Origin: an uncultured bacterium
GTDB taxonomy: Bacteria; Desulfobacterota_D; UBA1144; Nemesobacterales; UBA2774
Assembly: GCA_963825135.1 (NCBI GenBank)
Contig: CAWGRW010000009.1
Location: 1,728,001 to 1,792,000 of the forward strand
Length of the DNA: 64,000 nt
Reading direction: 5' to 3'
The notes below the pieces were generated by a model that had not been told where the DNA came from, did no database searches, and saw only the letters and a list, made by a program, of their open reading frames with translations. A program made the translations under genes and the position numbers. Each line of letters begins with the position of its first letter. Position 1 is the first letter of the stretch. Positions 43,009-53,157 of this stretch are shown here, piece after piece.

Positions 43009-43845
43009 GTGATCGGAAGCAGGATTGAATATATGCATAACCCTAAATTGCTCGTAAGAATATCGGTTCTATTTATATTATTTTCCGCAAGTTATGTATA
43101 TGCCATAACCGATTCGAGGGACGTAAAGGACATAGGGATAGATGAAAAGGCGGGAGATGTAATCCCGGGCGATATTACCTTTCTGAATGAAGATAAGGAA
43201 ACGGTTGAATTAAAGGATTTTTTTACACGGGATAAGCCCGTGCTTTTGAACCTCGTTTATTTCGGGTGTCCCAGATTATGCAACTATGCGACGGCCGGGC
43301 TGGTTCAGGTAATAAACGAGCAGAACTCGCTCGAAATCGGGAAGGATTTTAAAATATTGACGGTAAGCTTCGATCCGAAGGACACGCCAGAACTCGCGGC
43401 AACCAAAGCCGCGAGATACCGCGAGTCGGTTAAGCATGGGAATTCCGGGAAAGAGAACTGGGTGTTCCTCACGTCTGATCCTGCAAATATCCGCAGGTTA
43501 ACCGAGGCCGTAGGGTTTAAATACAAGGTTGACGGCGATGAATTCGCACACGCTTCCGCTTTAATAGTCCTCACCCCGGAGGGGAAGATTTCGAGATACC
43601 TCCCCGGTATTCAATACGAGCCCATCGACTTCAGGATGTCCTTGTTAGAGGCGTCCAGGGGGAGAATCGGATCATCCGAAATGTTGAACAAAATGCTTCT
43701 TTTTTGTTATGAATTCGATCCGGTAGGTAAGAAATATGCGCTCAAGGCCCTAAAGGTCGTCAAAGCTGCCGGAGTCGTTACGCTATTGTCCCTCTGCGGG
43801 ATACTGACTTATTTCTGGAGAAAAGAGAGGAAGGAACCTGAATAG
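43009..43845 (+). CDS. SCO1/SenC copper chaperone
   Basis: CPRLC motif, SFDP.DT, conserved His in FAHAS, C-terminal TM; start may be ATG 43033. Confidence 0.88.
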   Translation: MIGSRIEYMHNPKLLVRISVLFILFSASYVYAITDSRDVKDIGIDEKAGDVIPGDITFLNEDKETVELKDFFTRDKPVLLNLVYFGCPRLCNYATAGLVQVINEQNSLEIGKDFKILTVSFDPKDTPELAATKAARYRESVKHGNSGKENWVFLTSDPANIRRLTEAVGFKYKVDGDEFAHASALIVLTPEGKISRYLPGIQYEPIDFRMSLLEASRGRIGSSEMLNKMLLFCYEFDPVGKKYALKALKVVKAAGVVTLLSLCGILTYFWRKERKEPE

Positions 43846-43869
43846 GAGAATGGAGGTTTAAACAGACAT

Positions 43870-44808
43870 ATGACTTGGATTCCAGAGGTCGCATCAAATA
43901 TAGCGGGCAAGGTAGACGGAGTATTACTGCTGATTACCTTAATGTCGGTCGTATTCTTCGTGCTCATCACGGTGGTACTCGTGTATTTTGCCATAAAGTA
44001 TAGAAGAAGGAGTGAAGATGACGAGACCCCGTATATTACCGGGAACGAAACCCTGGAAATACTCTGGACCGTGATACCCTCCATACTGCTTATCGTCCTT
44101 TTTGTTTACGGTTTTGTGGTCTATAAGGAAATGAGGACTCCTCCCAAAGACGCTGTGGATATACAGGTTCAGGCGAAGCAGTGGCTATGGACTTTCGATT
44201 ATTATAACGGCAAGAAAACGATTAATGAATTATACGTTCAGCAGAACAGGCCTGTGCGGCTCGTGATGCAGTCGGATGACGTACTTCACGATCTCTTTAT
44301 CCCGGCATTCCGCATAAAGCAGGATGTACTGCCGGGCAGATACGTTCAGGAGTGGTTTATACCCACCAAGATCGGCACATTCGATATCTTTTGCGCGGAG
44401 TACTGCGGGACGGGACATTCCGCCATGCGTGCTAAGGTCGTAGTGCTCAGTCCAGAGGCTTATGATATCTGGGATAAAGGCGTCAAGGTCGATGAGGGTG
44501 CGGGTGTAGCATCTCTCCCCCCAGCCGAGCTGGGAGAAAAAATATACAAGGAAAAGGGGTGTAGTGCCTGTCACAGCATCGACGGCTCAAAGATCGTCGG
44601 TCCTTCTTTCAAGGGCATTTACGGTCATCAGGTCGAATTACAGGACGGCTCCAAAGTCGATGTGGACGAGAATTATATCAGGCAGTCTATAATTGAACCC
44701 CAGTCGCAGATGGTAAAGGGTTTTCCGCCTGTGATGCCTTCGTTTAAGGGCATATTGAGCGATAGCGACGTTACGGCTATTATCGCTTATATCAAGACGT
44801 TAAAATAG
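43870..44808 (+). CDS. coxB: Cytochrome c oxidase subunit II with fused cytochrome c (caa3 type)
   Basis: CuA ligands H...CAEYCGTGHSAM; C-terminal CSACH. Confidence 0.95.
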   Translation: MTWIPEVASNIAGKVDGVLLLITLMSVVFFVLITVVLVYFAIKYRRRSEDDETPYITGNETLEILWTVIPSILLIVLFVYGFVVYKEMRTPPKDAVDIQVQAKQWLWTFDYYNGKKTINELYVQQNRPVRLVMQSDDVLHDLFIPAFRIKQDVLPGRYVQEWFIPTKIGTFDIFCAEYCGTGHSAMRAKVVVLSPEAYDIWDKGVKVDEGAGVASLPPAELGEKIYKEKGCSACHSIDGSKIVGPSFKGIYGHQVELQDGSKVDVDENYIRQSIIEPQSQMVKGFPPVMPSFKGILSDSDVTAIIAYIKTLK

Positions 44809-44835
44809 ACGTTAGAATTTAAGGAGGCTGTTTTT

Positions 44836-46437
44836 ATGGCAAATCATACAATTGCCCACAATGTGTACGTTCCCTTTCTTGAGAAGAAGGGAATACTCTC
44901 ATGGATTCTTACAACCGACCACAAGCGCATTGGGATAATGTACCTGATATCGATTTCGTTCTTCTTCCTCGTCGCCGGCGTGTTCGCTCTGATGATGAGG
45001 TATGAGCTCCTGACGCCCGCTTCGGATTTTGTTCAGCCTCATACGTATAATGTGCTGTTTACGCTCCACGGATCGATAATGGTTTTCTTCTTTATCGTAC
45101 CCGGGCTTGCGGCGAGCTTCGGCAACTTCCTGATACCCCTTATGATTGGGGCCCCCGACGTTGCGTTTCCCAAGCTCAATCTGGGAAGTTACTGGATTTA
45201 CCTGCTGGGTGCCCTGATAGTGCTCATAGCCCTTGCTAAACCTGCCGACACGGGATGGACGTTCTATACCCCTTACAGCGCGACGACCGACACCGACGTT
45301 GTTTTGATAACCCTCGGGGTGTTCGTCCTCGGCTTCTCGTCCATCCTTACGGGGTTGAACTTCATCGTCACGATACACAAGATGAGAGCGCCGGGTATGA
45401 CATGGCACAGGCTTCCGCTCTTTATCTGGGCCTCTTACGCTACGGCGATATTGCAGCTCCTGGCTACGCCGGTCGTCGGAATAACGCTTCTCCTTCTGAT
45501 AATGGAGAGAACCCTGGGCGTCGGTTTCTTCGATCCTGCTAAAGGGGGAGACCCTGTACTGTTTCAAAACTTTTTCTGGTTCTATTCCCACCCTGCCGTA
45601 TATATCATGATCATTCCGGCCATGGGGGTGATTTCGGAGATAATCCCCGTTTTCGCGAGAAAACCTATATTCGGATACAAGGCCATAGCTTATTCCAGTC
45701 TCGGGATTGCCTTTATAAGTTTTTTTGTATGGGCTCACCACATGTTTGTGGCCGGTATTTCCGAAACCGCAGCGACGATCTTCTCGTTCCTGACTTTTTT
45801 GGTGGCGATTCCTACGGCTATTAAAGTGTTTAACTGGACGGCTACGCTCTATAAGGGGTCGATCCTGCTGCACTCGGCGATGTTGTACGCACTGTCCTTT
45901 ATATTCCTCTTTACCATAGGGGGGCTTACCGGACTTTTCCTGGGAGCGCTTGCGGCCGATGTGCATCTGCACGACACCTATTTTGTAGTTGCCCACATGC
46001 ACTACGTGATGATTGGGGGAACGGTTATGGGGTTCTTCGGGGCGCTCCATTTTTGGTACGCCAAGTGGTTCGGCAGGATGTTTAACGAAACGGTAGCAAA
46101 GATAGCATGGTTTTTCATTTTCATAGGTTTCAACGTTACGTTCTTTCCTCAATTCTTTCTCGGGATTCAGGGAATGCCCAGAAGATACGCCACGTACCCT
46201 CCGCAGTTCGAATCGCTGATGTCGCTTTCCACTTACGGTTCCTGGATACTCGGCGCCGGCATATTCATCATGACTGTAAACCTGATAGCGGGCCTGATAA
46301 ACGGAGAGAAAGCGCCTCAGAACCCGTACGGTTCGCTTTCTCTGGAATGGCAGGTGCCTTCTCCCCCGCCGCTTGAGAATTTTGAGGAAATACCCCACGT
46401 GACGGACTGGTCGTACGGCTACGGAAAAAAGAAATAA
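44836..46437 (+). CDS. coxA: Cytochrome c oxidase subunit I, A2 type
   Basis: [16 protein letters not shown] (YS motif of A2 type), [16 protein letters not shown] and GMPRRY. Confidence 0.96.
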   Translation: MANHTIAHNVYVPFLEKKGILSWILTTDHKRIGIMYLISISFFFLVAGVFALMMRYELLTPASDFVQPHTYNVLFTLHGSIMVFFFIVPGLAASFGNFLIPLMIGAPDVAFPKLNLGSYWIYLLGALIVLIALAKPADTGWTFYTPYSATTDTDVVLITLGVFVLGFSSILTGLNFIVTIHKMRAPGMTWHRLPLFIWASYATAILQLLATPVVGITLLLLIMERTLGVGFFDPAKGGDPVLFQNFFWFYSHPAVYIMIIPAMGVISEIIPVFARKPIFGYKAIAYSSLGIAFISFFVWAHHMFVAGISETAATIFSFLTFLVAIPTAIKVFNWTATLYKGSILLHSAMLYALSFIFLFTIGGLTGLFLGALAADVHLHDTYFVVAHMHYVMIGGTVMGFFGALHFWYAKWFGRMFNETVAKIAWFFIFIGFNVTFFPQFFLGIQGMPRRYATYPPQFESLMSLSTYGSWILGAGIFIMTVNLIAGLINGEKAPQNPYGSLSLEWQVPSPPPLENFEEIPHVTDWSYGYGKKK

Positions 46438-46449
46438 TCGGAGGCCCAA

Positions 46450-47055
46450 ATGGGTGACGCTAGCGCAGAACATTCACACGGACACCACATGGACCCTGCT
46501 GTCGAGTACAGCTCGTCAAAGCTGGGCATGTGGCTGTTTCTCGGGACGGAAATATTGCTCTTCGGAGGGCTTTTCGCGGCTTATGCGATTTTCCGCGCCA
46601 AGTATCCCGAGATGTTTTTCGAGCAGCACGTGGAGCTCAACAAGAAGATGGGTGCGATAAACACCTGCATCCTGATATTCAGCAGCTTAACCATGGCCAT
46701 GGGCGTATCGGCCATTCAGCGCGGGAAACAGAAGGCCACCGCTATCCTGATCCTGATCACGATAATCTGCGGCCTCGGGTTCGGCGTCGTAAAATATTTC
46801 GAGTACAGCGCCAAGTTCCATCACCACATATACCCGAGTACGAGCATATTTTTCTCGCTCTATTTTATGATGACCGGGCTCCACATGATTCACGTTTTCG
46901 TTGGGCTCGTGATACTCTCTGTTTTATTCGTCCTGACGCTAAAAGGAAAGTTCAATGCCAAATACAGCACGCCCGTCGAGGTGGGAGGGCTTTACTGGCA
47001 CCTCGTGGACCTGATATGGATATATCTTTTCCCATTACTATATCTCATAGGCTGA
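46450..47055 (+). CDS. coxC: Cytochrome c oxidase subunit III
   Basis: GMWLFLGTE, TGLH..HV and YWHLVDLIW. Confidence 0.94.
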   Translation: MGDASAEHSHGHHMDPAVEYSSSKLGMWLFLGTEILLFGGLFAAYAIFRAKYPEMFFEQHVELNKKMGAINTCILIFSSLTMAMGVSAIQRGKQKATAILILITIICGLGFGVVKYFEYSAKFHHHIYPSTSIFFSLYFMMTGLHMIHVFVGLVILSVLFVLTLKGKFNAKYSTPVEVGGLYWHLVDLIWIYLFPLLYLIG

Positions 47056-47071
47056 AGGGAGGAAATCAGAC

Positions 47072-47380
47072 ATGACTACCGATACACATGCTGAAGAACA
47101 CCATATAACGAGCAACAAGACATATATAATAGTCTGGGCCGCGCTCATGGTTATGACGGCCACCACGGTGTATGTGTCGTATATAAATTTCGGCGTGCTC
47201 AACATCGTCATTGCGCTCGTGGTCGCCTCGATAAAAGCGACCATAGTGGCCCTTTATTTCATGCACCTCAAGCTCGAAGACTCGATCACGTGGGTATTCG
47301 CGCTCTTTCCGCTGAGCCTGCTGGCGCTATTGATAGCAATGACTATGACGGACATGTTTACAAGGGTAGTAGTCCCCTAG
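47072..47380 (+). CDS. coxD: Cytochrome c oxidase subunit IV
   Basis: Three TM helices and KA..VALYFMHLK. Confidence 0.88.
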   Translation: MTTDTHAEEHHITSNKTYIIVWAALMVMTATTVYVSYINFGVLNIVIALVVASIKATIVALYFMHLKLEDSITWVFALFPLSLLALLIAMTMTDMFTRVVVP

Positions 47381-47392
47381 AACCAATAATTC

Positions 47393-48247
47393 ATGATTGC
47401 AAAAATTACTCTCTGTCTTCTTTTTCTTCTCCTAGTTTGGGGAAATCTGGTTGCCGGTCTTAAAGCAGGACTGGCATGTCCGGATTGGCCGCTCTGTCAC
47501 GGGACGGTGCTCCCCCCATTCAGGTGGGATATATATATGGAGTTCTCGCACCGCATCATTGGAGGCGTGACCTCTGTTTTCCTCATTATTCTCTCGTATC
47601 AGAGGTTCCGGAGCTACACCGGCCCGGTAAAATCGGTTCCGGTGATGATAGTGCTCCTCCTTTTGATACAGATAGTCCTCGGGGGAGTTGTCGTGCTGCT
47701 CGAAATTCCGGTCGATCTTACGACTTACCACTTTGCAAACGCGATCGTAATATTCGCGCTGACCCTTTATATCGCTTTTTATGACGGCGAGAAGCGGAAG
47801 CCTCATTTCGATATCGGCGGCGGTAAAGGGATATTCTTCTTCCTTGCGTTTCTGATTTTCGTTCAGGCAGTGCTCGGGGCCTATGTCAGGCATTCCGGCT
47901 CGGGGCTCGCCTGCCCGGATTTCCCCAAGTGTCTGGGTTACTGGATTCCGCCCCTGTTGTCGGGAATAATCCTGAATCACTTCCTCCACAGAGCCGTTGC
48001 ATATGTTATTGCGATCACCGCTCTTATACTCCTGGTCTCCTCGTACGTGACCAGGGGCCTTCAAATGTTCCGTAAGGAGCTGTTGATTCTCATCTGTCTG
48101 ATAATCCTCCAGATTGCGCTTGGAGTCGGCGTTGTTCAGACTAAGCTCTACTTCGCCGTTACGGCCCTTCATCTCTCTTTTGCGCTGTTAATCCTCTCTC
48201 TCGTGCTTTATACTTGGTTCAGAGGGATGGAGGAAAGTTATCAATAG
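47393..48247 (+). CDS. ctaA: Heme A synthase (COX15/CtaA)
   Basis: GLACPDWPLC, EFSHR, second CPDFPKC and conserved His residues. Confidence 0.88.
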   Translation: MIAKITLCLLFLLLVWGNLVAGLKAGLACPDWPLCHGTVLPPFRWDIYMEFSHRIIGGVTSVFLIILSYQRFRSYTGPVKSVPVMIVLLLLIQIVLGGVVVLLEIPVDLTTYHFANAIVIFALTLYIAFYDGEKRKPHFDIGGGKGIFFFLAFLIFVQAVLGAYVRHSGSGLACPDFPKCLGYWIPPLLSGIILNHFLHRAVAYVIAITALILLVSSYVTRGLQMFRKELLILICLIILQIALGVGVVQTKLYFAVTALHLSFALLILSLVLYTWFRGMEESYQ

Positions 48248-48274
48248 GCTATGTGCGGGAAATAACGGGGATAC

Positions 48275-49189
48275 ATGAATACGATCGGGCACATTGACAG
48301 GGCGCCCGCAAAGATAGTCGTCTCGACTATCCTGCTTTCAAAGCCCGGAATAATACTGAGCGTCGCGTTCACCGGATTCGCGGGGATGGTTCTGGCCAAC
48401 CGGGGTCTCCCGTCTCCGGGGTTGACTGTGGCGGCTGTAATTTCGCTGCTCCTCAGCGCGGCGGGTTCCGCGATATTAAACAACGTCCTCGATAAGCAGA
48501 TAGATTCACTTATGAGCAGGTTGAGCAAACGAGTGGACGCGCTCGAGGTGGTGGGAGAAAGAACGGCGACCGTCATATCCCTCGTTTTTATAACAATCTC
48601 TTTATTTATCTCTTTTTATTATCTGAACGCGGTGAACGGCGCATTGATCGTAGCGGCTATTTTGAGCTACACGCTCCTCTATACCCTGTATCTCAAACGG
48701 AGCTCCCCTTACGGCACAATTCTCGGGGGTCTCCCCGGGGCGCTGCCCGTGCTTGTCGGATACAGCGCGGTGAATCCCCACATCGGCGTTGACGGCATAA
48801 TACTATTTTCGTTCATGATGCTCTGGCAGCCGCCTCATTTCTGGGCCCTCGCCCAGAAATATAAGCTCGATTACAAGAAGGCGGGGGTGCCTGTCATGCC
48901 CGTGGCTCTGGGCACGAAATTCACTAACGTTATGATACTGCTTTATTCGATTTCGCTATTGCCCCTTTCGCTTTCTCTGTGGATACTGCATTACTGCTCC
49001 GATTATTACGCTGTCTTCGCGATCCTCTCGGGTCTCTATTTCGAGTATGTGATGATACGGAGCGCGGTAAAGAATACCGATTACGGAAAGGCCTTCGGCA
49101 CTTCCATTATATATATGCTTATCATCATGCTGTCCCTGATCCTGGACCTCTCGTTCGGCTCCGCGAATTCGGCCGTCGGCGGTTTCTAG
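48275..49189 (+). CDS. ctaB: Protoheme IX farnesyltransferase
   Basis: KPGI, N..LD..ID..M.R, YT..LKR, WQPPHFWAL and DY..AGVP. Confidence 0.92.
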   Translation: MNTIGHIDRAPAKIVVSTILLSKPGIILSVAFTGFAGMVLANRGLPSPGLTVAAVISLLLSAAGSAILNNVLDKQIDSLMSRLSKRVDALEVVGERTATVISLVFITISLFISFYYLNAVNGALIVAAILSYTLLYTLYLKRSSPYGTILGGLPGALPVLVGYSAVNPHIGVDGIILFSFMMLWQPPHFWALAQKYKLDYKKAGVPVMPVALGTKFTNVMILLYSISLLPLSLSLWILHYCSDYYAVFAILSGLYFEYVMIRSAVKNTDYGKAFGTSIIYMLIIMLSLILDLSFGSANSAVGGF

Positions 49190-49261
49190 GGCGTTCGTTT
49201 CGGTCGGGATTAGTCCGGCATTCCCTTGGATGTAACTTCTTGACGCCGTTTAGTCCGGTTC

Positions 49262-51082
49262 CTAATCTTTCATGTTCTTGAGCAGCTCCTTAAGCCGTAA
49301 GAGCGGCTCTTTCAGAGAATTGATGGACTCAACCCAGAAATCGGCGGATTCGAGGTCTCTGCCTAGGCTCCTCTTGGCCACGTTCTCGGCTGTGTCCGAG
49401 CCCGAGAGCCTGAGGAACTCTTCGTATTTCGGCAGGAACTCCTTCCCCTCTTTTTTGAACATCGAAAAGAGACCCCGGCTGAGTAAGTACCCAAACGTGT
49501 ATGGAAAATTATAGAACGTTATCCCGGTTATATAGAAATGGAGCTTCGACGCCCAGAAATAGGGGTCTTCGCCGCCCTCTTCTAGCACGTCGCCGAATAT
49601 CCTCCGCTGGGTCTCGCACATCAGCTCCTTCAGCCTGCTTACGCTGACCTCCCCCTTCTGTCTTTCTTCGTAGAAGGCCTTCTCGAATTCGTAGCGGACC
49701 GGTATGTCCATCAGGTATATGGCTCCGTGATTGATTTCCATATCGAGGGTGAGCGCTTTCTCCGTGTCGTTTATGGACGGGTCTTCGAGCGCGCCTTCCG
49801 TGAGTATCATCTCCCCGAACGTGGACGCCGATTCGGCGAGCGTCATGGGATAGAAATGCGAATAGGGGCGAATGTCGCTCATGACGTGGCTGTGGAACGC
49901 GTGTCCGGCCTCGTGGGCCAGGGTCAGCACGTCCCCGAGCGTCTCGTTGTACGTCATGAATATTCTCGACTCTTTCGTGAGAAGGGACCCTGTGCAGAAT
50001 CCGCCCGGCCGCTTCCCCTCACGCGGCTCCCAATCGATCCACTCTTTCCTGTAGGCGTCGTCTATGAATTTGCCGAGCCTGGGATAAGACGCTGTGAATG
50101 AGTTCTTAACCATCTTCTTAGCCCGGCTCCACGTCAGTTTCTGCCCGGCCTTCAAGTCGAGAGGCGCTCCGAGGTCGTACCAGGCGATGCTGTCGCGCTT
50201 CATGGTTTCGGCTTTCAACCTGAGTATGCTTTTCGGAAGCTCCAGCTCGGAGTATATGGCCTCGAACATCGCGTCGAGGGTCTTCCTGCTTATCGACGAC
50301 TGAAAGAGAGCGACGTCGAGGAAATGGTTGATTCCCCTGTACCTGTTAAGCGTAAGACGCGTGCCCGCGATGGCGTTAAGCGCCGCCGCCGCCGTGTCCT
50401 CAATGCTCCTCCACGCCCTGTTGCCCCCTTCGAACGCTGCCTTTCTTACGGCCCTCTCCGGTTTTTCCATCAGGGACCTTCTCTGTGATATGGGCAGGGT
50501 TTTGACGGTCCCGTCAGGATACGCCATTTCAAACTCGAGCCTGCCCGAGACCGTGTCGTATAGCCTCCCCCAGGCGCTGATTCCGTCAACACCCAAGTCG
50601 GCTGCGAGTATTTCGCGCTCCGTGTTCATTTTTTTTTGTGCATCTTCCCGCAGCCTGCCGAGGTAATATTTTGAGCTTGTTAAGGCTTTGCTTTCCGTAA
50701 GTGACGAGAAGTTTTCGTCGGAGGCGTCCTTGATCCCCCTCATGATCTCCACTTTGAGCTTCGAGAATTCGGCCCCCAGCGCCGACATCTCGGCCTCTTC
50801 CCTGAGATAGTCCTCGTTGAGCCCGTCGGCCGCCGAGAGACATCCGATATAGGAATCGAGGTGTGTGTAGCGCGTCACGAGGTCCTCGTTCTTGAGTAAG
50901 ACGTCCTCCCATTCGCTGCGATTCGTATCGTCGATCGGGGCGAGCGAGGAGGCTTTTTCCTTAACGGTCTCTATGTCCGTCTTCAGTTTCTCCTTGAACT
51001 CCTTCATTTCGGGTCCGTCGAATTCAGGGAAGTAGCTCGTCAGATCCCAGTTCATTTTCGCGGTCGTATCGTTTGCAGGCAT
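49262..51082 (-). CDS. pepF: M3-family oligoendopeptidase F
   Basis: WDL, GKRPGGFC, HEAGHAFH, AESASTF and FYNFPYTFG. Confidence 0.9.
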   Translation of the reverse strand: MPANDTTAKMNWDLTSYFPEFDGPEMKEFKEKLKTDIETVKEKASSLAPIDDTNRSEWEDVLLKNEDLVTRYTHLDSYIGCLSAADGLNEDYLREEAEMSALGAEFSKLKVEIMRGIKDASDENFSSLTESKALTSSKYYLGRLREDAQKKMNTEREILAADLGVDGISAWGRLYDTVSGRLEFEMAYPDGTVKTLPISQRRSLMEKPERAVRKAAFEGGNRAWRSIEDTAAAALNAIAGTRLTLNRYRGINHFLDVALFQSSISRKTLDAMFEAIYSELELPKSILRLKAETMKRDSIAWYDLGAPLDLKAGQKLTWSRAKKMVKNSFTASYPRLGKFIDDAYRKEWIDWEPREGKRPGGFCTGSLLTKESRIFMTYNETLGDVLTLAHEAGHAFHSHVMSDIRPYSHFYPMTLAESASTFGEMILTEGALEDPSINDTEKALTLDMEINHGAIYLMDIPVRYEFEKAFYEERQKGEVSVSRLKELMCETQRRIFGDVLEEGGEDPYFWASKLHFYITGITFYNFPYTFGYLLSRGLFSMFKKEGKEFLPKYEEFLRLSGSDTAENVAKRSLGRDLESADFWVESINSLKEPLLRLKELLKNMKD

Positions 51083-51228
51083 TGTTCCTCCGATCGGCTC
51101 AGGCAGTTATTGGATAAGAAGTAAAAATCACCAAGAAATATATCATATGAGGGAGAAGTGTGTGTTGAGTAATAATATATTTGAGCATTAGAAATTCTAA
51201 TCGGCTTTCTATAGTCGATTCCGCTCGT

Positions 51229-52042
51229 TTACCGCGTCCTGGAGAAAGCCTCGTCGAGGAGGTTAATCTGCTTCTCCGACAGACGCCATCCGGACGCCCC
51301 GCAGTTCTCTATCGTTCTCTCGACGCTGTCCGATTTCGGAATTGCTATGACGTTCTCACGGGAGGTGCACCAGTTAAGCGCGACCTGCGCCGTCGTTTTC
51401 CCGGTCTCAAGGGAAATATCTTCGAGCACCCTGGTTCTTTCTGACGACATGAAACGGGGCCTCGATGCGAGGGTGCCGTCGTCAAGGGGCGTGTATGCGA
51501 GGACCGTTATCCCGTGTGCGAGACAGTAGGGGAGTAAATCCTTTTCGATCCCCCTCTCGTTCAGGTTGTAAAGCACCTGATTTGAAACTATCGGCGTGTG
51601 CCTGAGCGCGGCCCTCGGCCTCTCTCAGGTCGTCGAGGTCAAAGTTGCTCACCCCGATGAATCTTACGATTCCCCTCTCGACGAGCGTCTCCATGGCGCG
51701 CATGGTTTCACTCATCGGATAAGACGAGTTGGGCCAGTGGACCTGGTAGAGGTCGATGTGCTCCGTGCCGAGCTCGGAGAGGCTCCCCTCGGCGGCCCGC
51801 AGCACGTCGTCGTAGCCGAGACGCCTGCCCGATACCTTGGTTGCGATGAATACCCTGTCCCTCATCCCCCTGACCGCTTTGCCGACTACGTGCTCCGTGC
51901 CATATCCCTCGGCGGTGTCTATTAAAGTCGCACCGAGCTCGATCCCTTTCCGCAGAGGCTCGATGCCGCCCCTGTATCTCCAGGTCCCGAGCCCGATCTC
52001 CGGGATCAATACCCCTGTATTCCCAAGCTCTTTTAATTCCAT
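51229..52042 (-). pseudogene. Aldo/keto reductase split by a one-base frameshift (or sequencing error)
   Basis: N-half (IGLGTW, IDTAEGY, IDLYQVHWP, IGVSNF) and C-half (YNL, AYTPL, AQVAL.W, IPKS) lie in different frames; removing one C from CCC at 51612-14 restores ...EAEAALRHTPIVSNQVLYNL. Confidence 0.85.
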
Positions 52043-52119
52043 AGAGCGCAAACCCCTATATTTCGGGCTGGTCCGATTCTCCGGGAGAGGTTCTAACCTC
52101 GCTTAAGGCTCTCCTCTGT

Positions 52120-52446
52120 TCAATGAACGGTTACGCGGAAGAGTCGACGGGGGCCCACTGTCGTGCCCACCGAACATAACGTAGTTCCGGGAGCAACACC
52201 CTTGAACCCTAGCCCGTCCGGTGTATTGACTAACCTGACTATATTCGCATCATCGCAAATAGATACGAGTGCCGGGCAGACAACTATGCCGGATTTACAG
52301 ACTTTAAAGATTTCCCCTGCCTGCAACTCAACCTCATGCGGCTGGTCAAGCCCTGTTGGGTCCCCGGCCTTCACATCACCGGCGAACATAATAAGGACCA
52401 GAAATCCCGTAGCTATAATTATTGCAGTCTTCATGCTGACCCCCAT
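52120..52446 (-). CDS. Secreted Cys-containing hypothetical protein
   Basis: GGAGG SD, signal peptide (..VKA|G), four Cys in the mature part. Confidence 0.7.
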   Translation of the reverse strand: MGVSMKTAIIIATGFLVLIMFAGDVKAGDPTGLDQPHEVELQAGEIFKVCKSGIVVCPALVSICDDANIVRLVNTPDGLGFKGVAPGTTLCSVGTTVGPRRLFRVTVH

Positions 52447-52565
52447 TATGAGAACCCCCTCCTACAACTAGTTTCTATAATATATCATCTATAGAAAAAT
52501 GACTGAAAAACGCTTTCTTTCAAGGTATCGGCGGAAGTCTCAATTCGAGCTGTTTTTTCTCATAA

Positions 52566-52655
52566 TCGGCCTTGCAACAATTTCAAAATATTGTAGATTT
52601 ATACGTCCGGCCGGGGTGTAGCTCAGATTGGCTAGAGCGTTGCGTTCGGGACGCA
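52566..52655 (+). repeat. Left 90-bp direct repeat: tRNA-Pro promoter plus 5' half of the tRNA (attL-like)
   Basis: Identical to 58346-58435; the tRNA part starts at 52612 and stops after the anticodon stem; imperfect similarity extends about 20 bp further upstream. Confidence 0.93.
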
Positions 52656-52791
52656 AATTGTGATTAAGAAAAGCATCATTGCTGCAGTATCTTAAGTAGG
52701 CATTTCAACCAAATTTCCCTTCCATGTAACCATTCACTAACCAAAGACACCGGCTATATGTCCAGATACCTCAACCTTATGGAGGCGACGT

Positions 52792-52872
52792 ATGGCGAGT
52801 CTACAGCGAAAGAAACGTACAACTAGTTGGCTTAATTGTCATATTCGAAAATTCATTCCTATCAGTCGGTAA
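52792..52872 (+). pseudogene. Possible N-terminal stub of a tyrosine integrase
   Basis: GGAGG SD plus MASLQRKKRTTSW..., 26 codons, about 135 bp inside attL and pointing inward. Confidence 0.35.
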
Positions 52873-52931
52873 TCGGGCTAACTCTCTGGAGAAACCTCAA
52901 AGTACGTATAACAGAGTCTGAACTAAGAATA

Positions 52932-53094
52932 TTGTCATAATTGAATGACAAATTTTGTCATTTCCGTCGTTACTCGAATAGCATTAAGTCGCGCTACTTT
53001 TCTAGTAATTTAAAGGAGTTATATAATATTTAACGATAATTCCGGCTAGTATAGTTCATTATTGGCTTTTAAATAAGATGGCATGAATTTTGAT
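52932..53094 (+). promoter_or_regulatory. Sigma54-like promoter with upstream TGACA/TGTCA palindromes
   Basis: Perfect AATGACAAA-T-TTTGTCATT at 52944-62; TGGCAT-N5-TTGAT at 53079-94 (-12 is GA instead of GC). Confidence 0.5.
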
Positions 53095-53157
53095 ACTAAG
53101 TAAGAATACAATTAAAAATCGTAAACTATCTGACAAATCATTCTTTGGAGTAAGTAT

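Noticed and set aside
44899..46473. 524-aa antisense ORF over coxA
   Set aside because: Shadow of a conserved gene caused by codon bias; no recognisable motifs
52612..52656. Second intact tRNA-Pro
   Set aside because: No T-arm or acceptor 3' strand; it is only a 5' fragment
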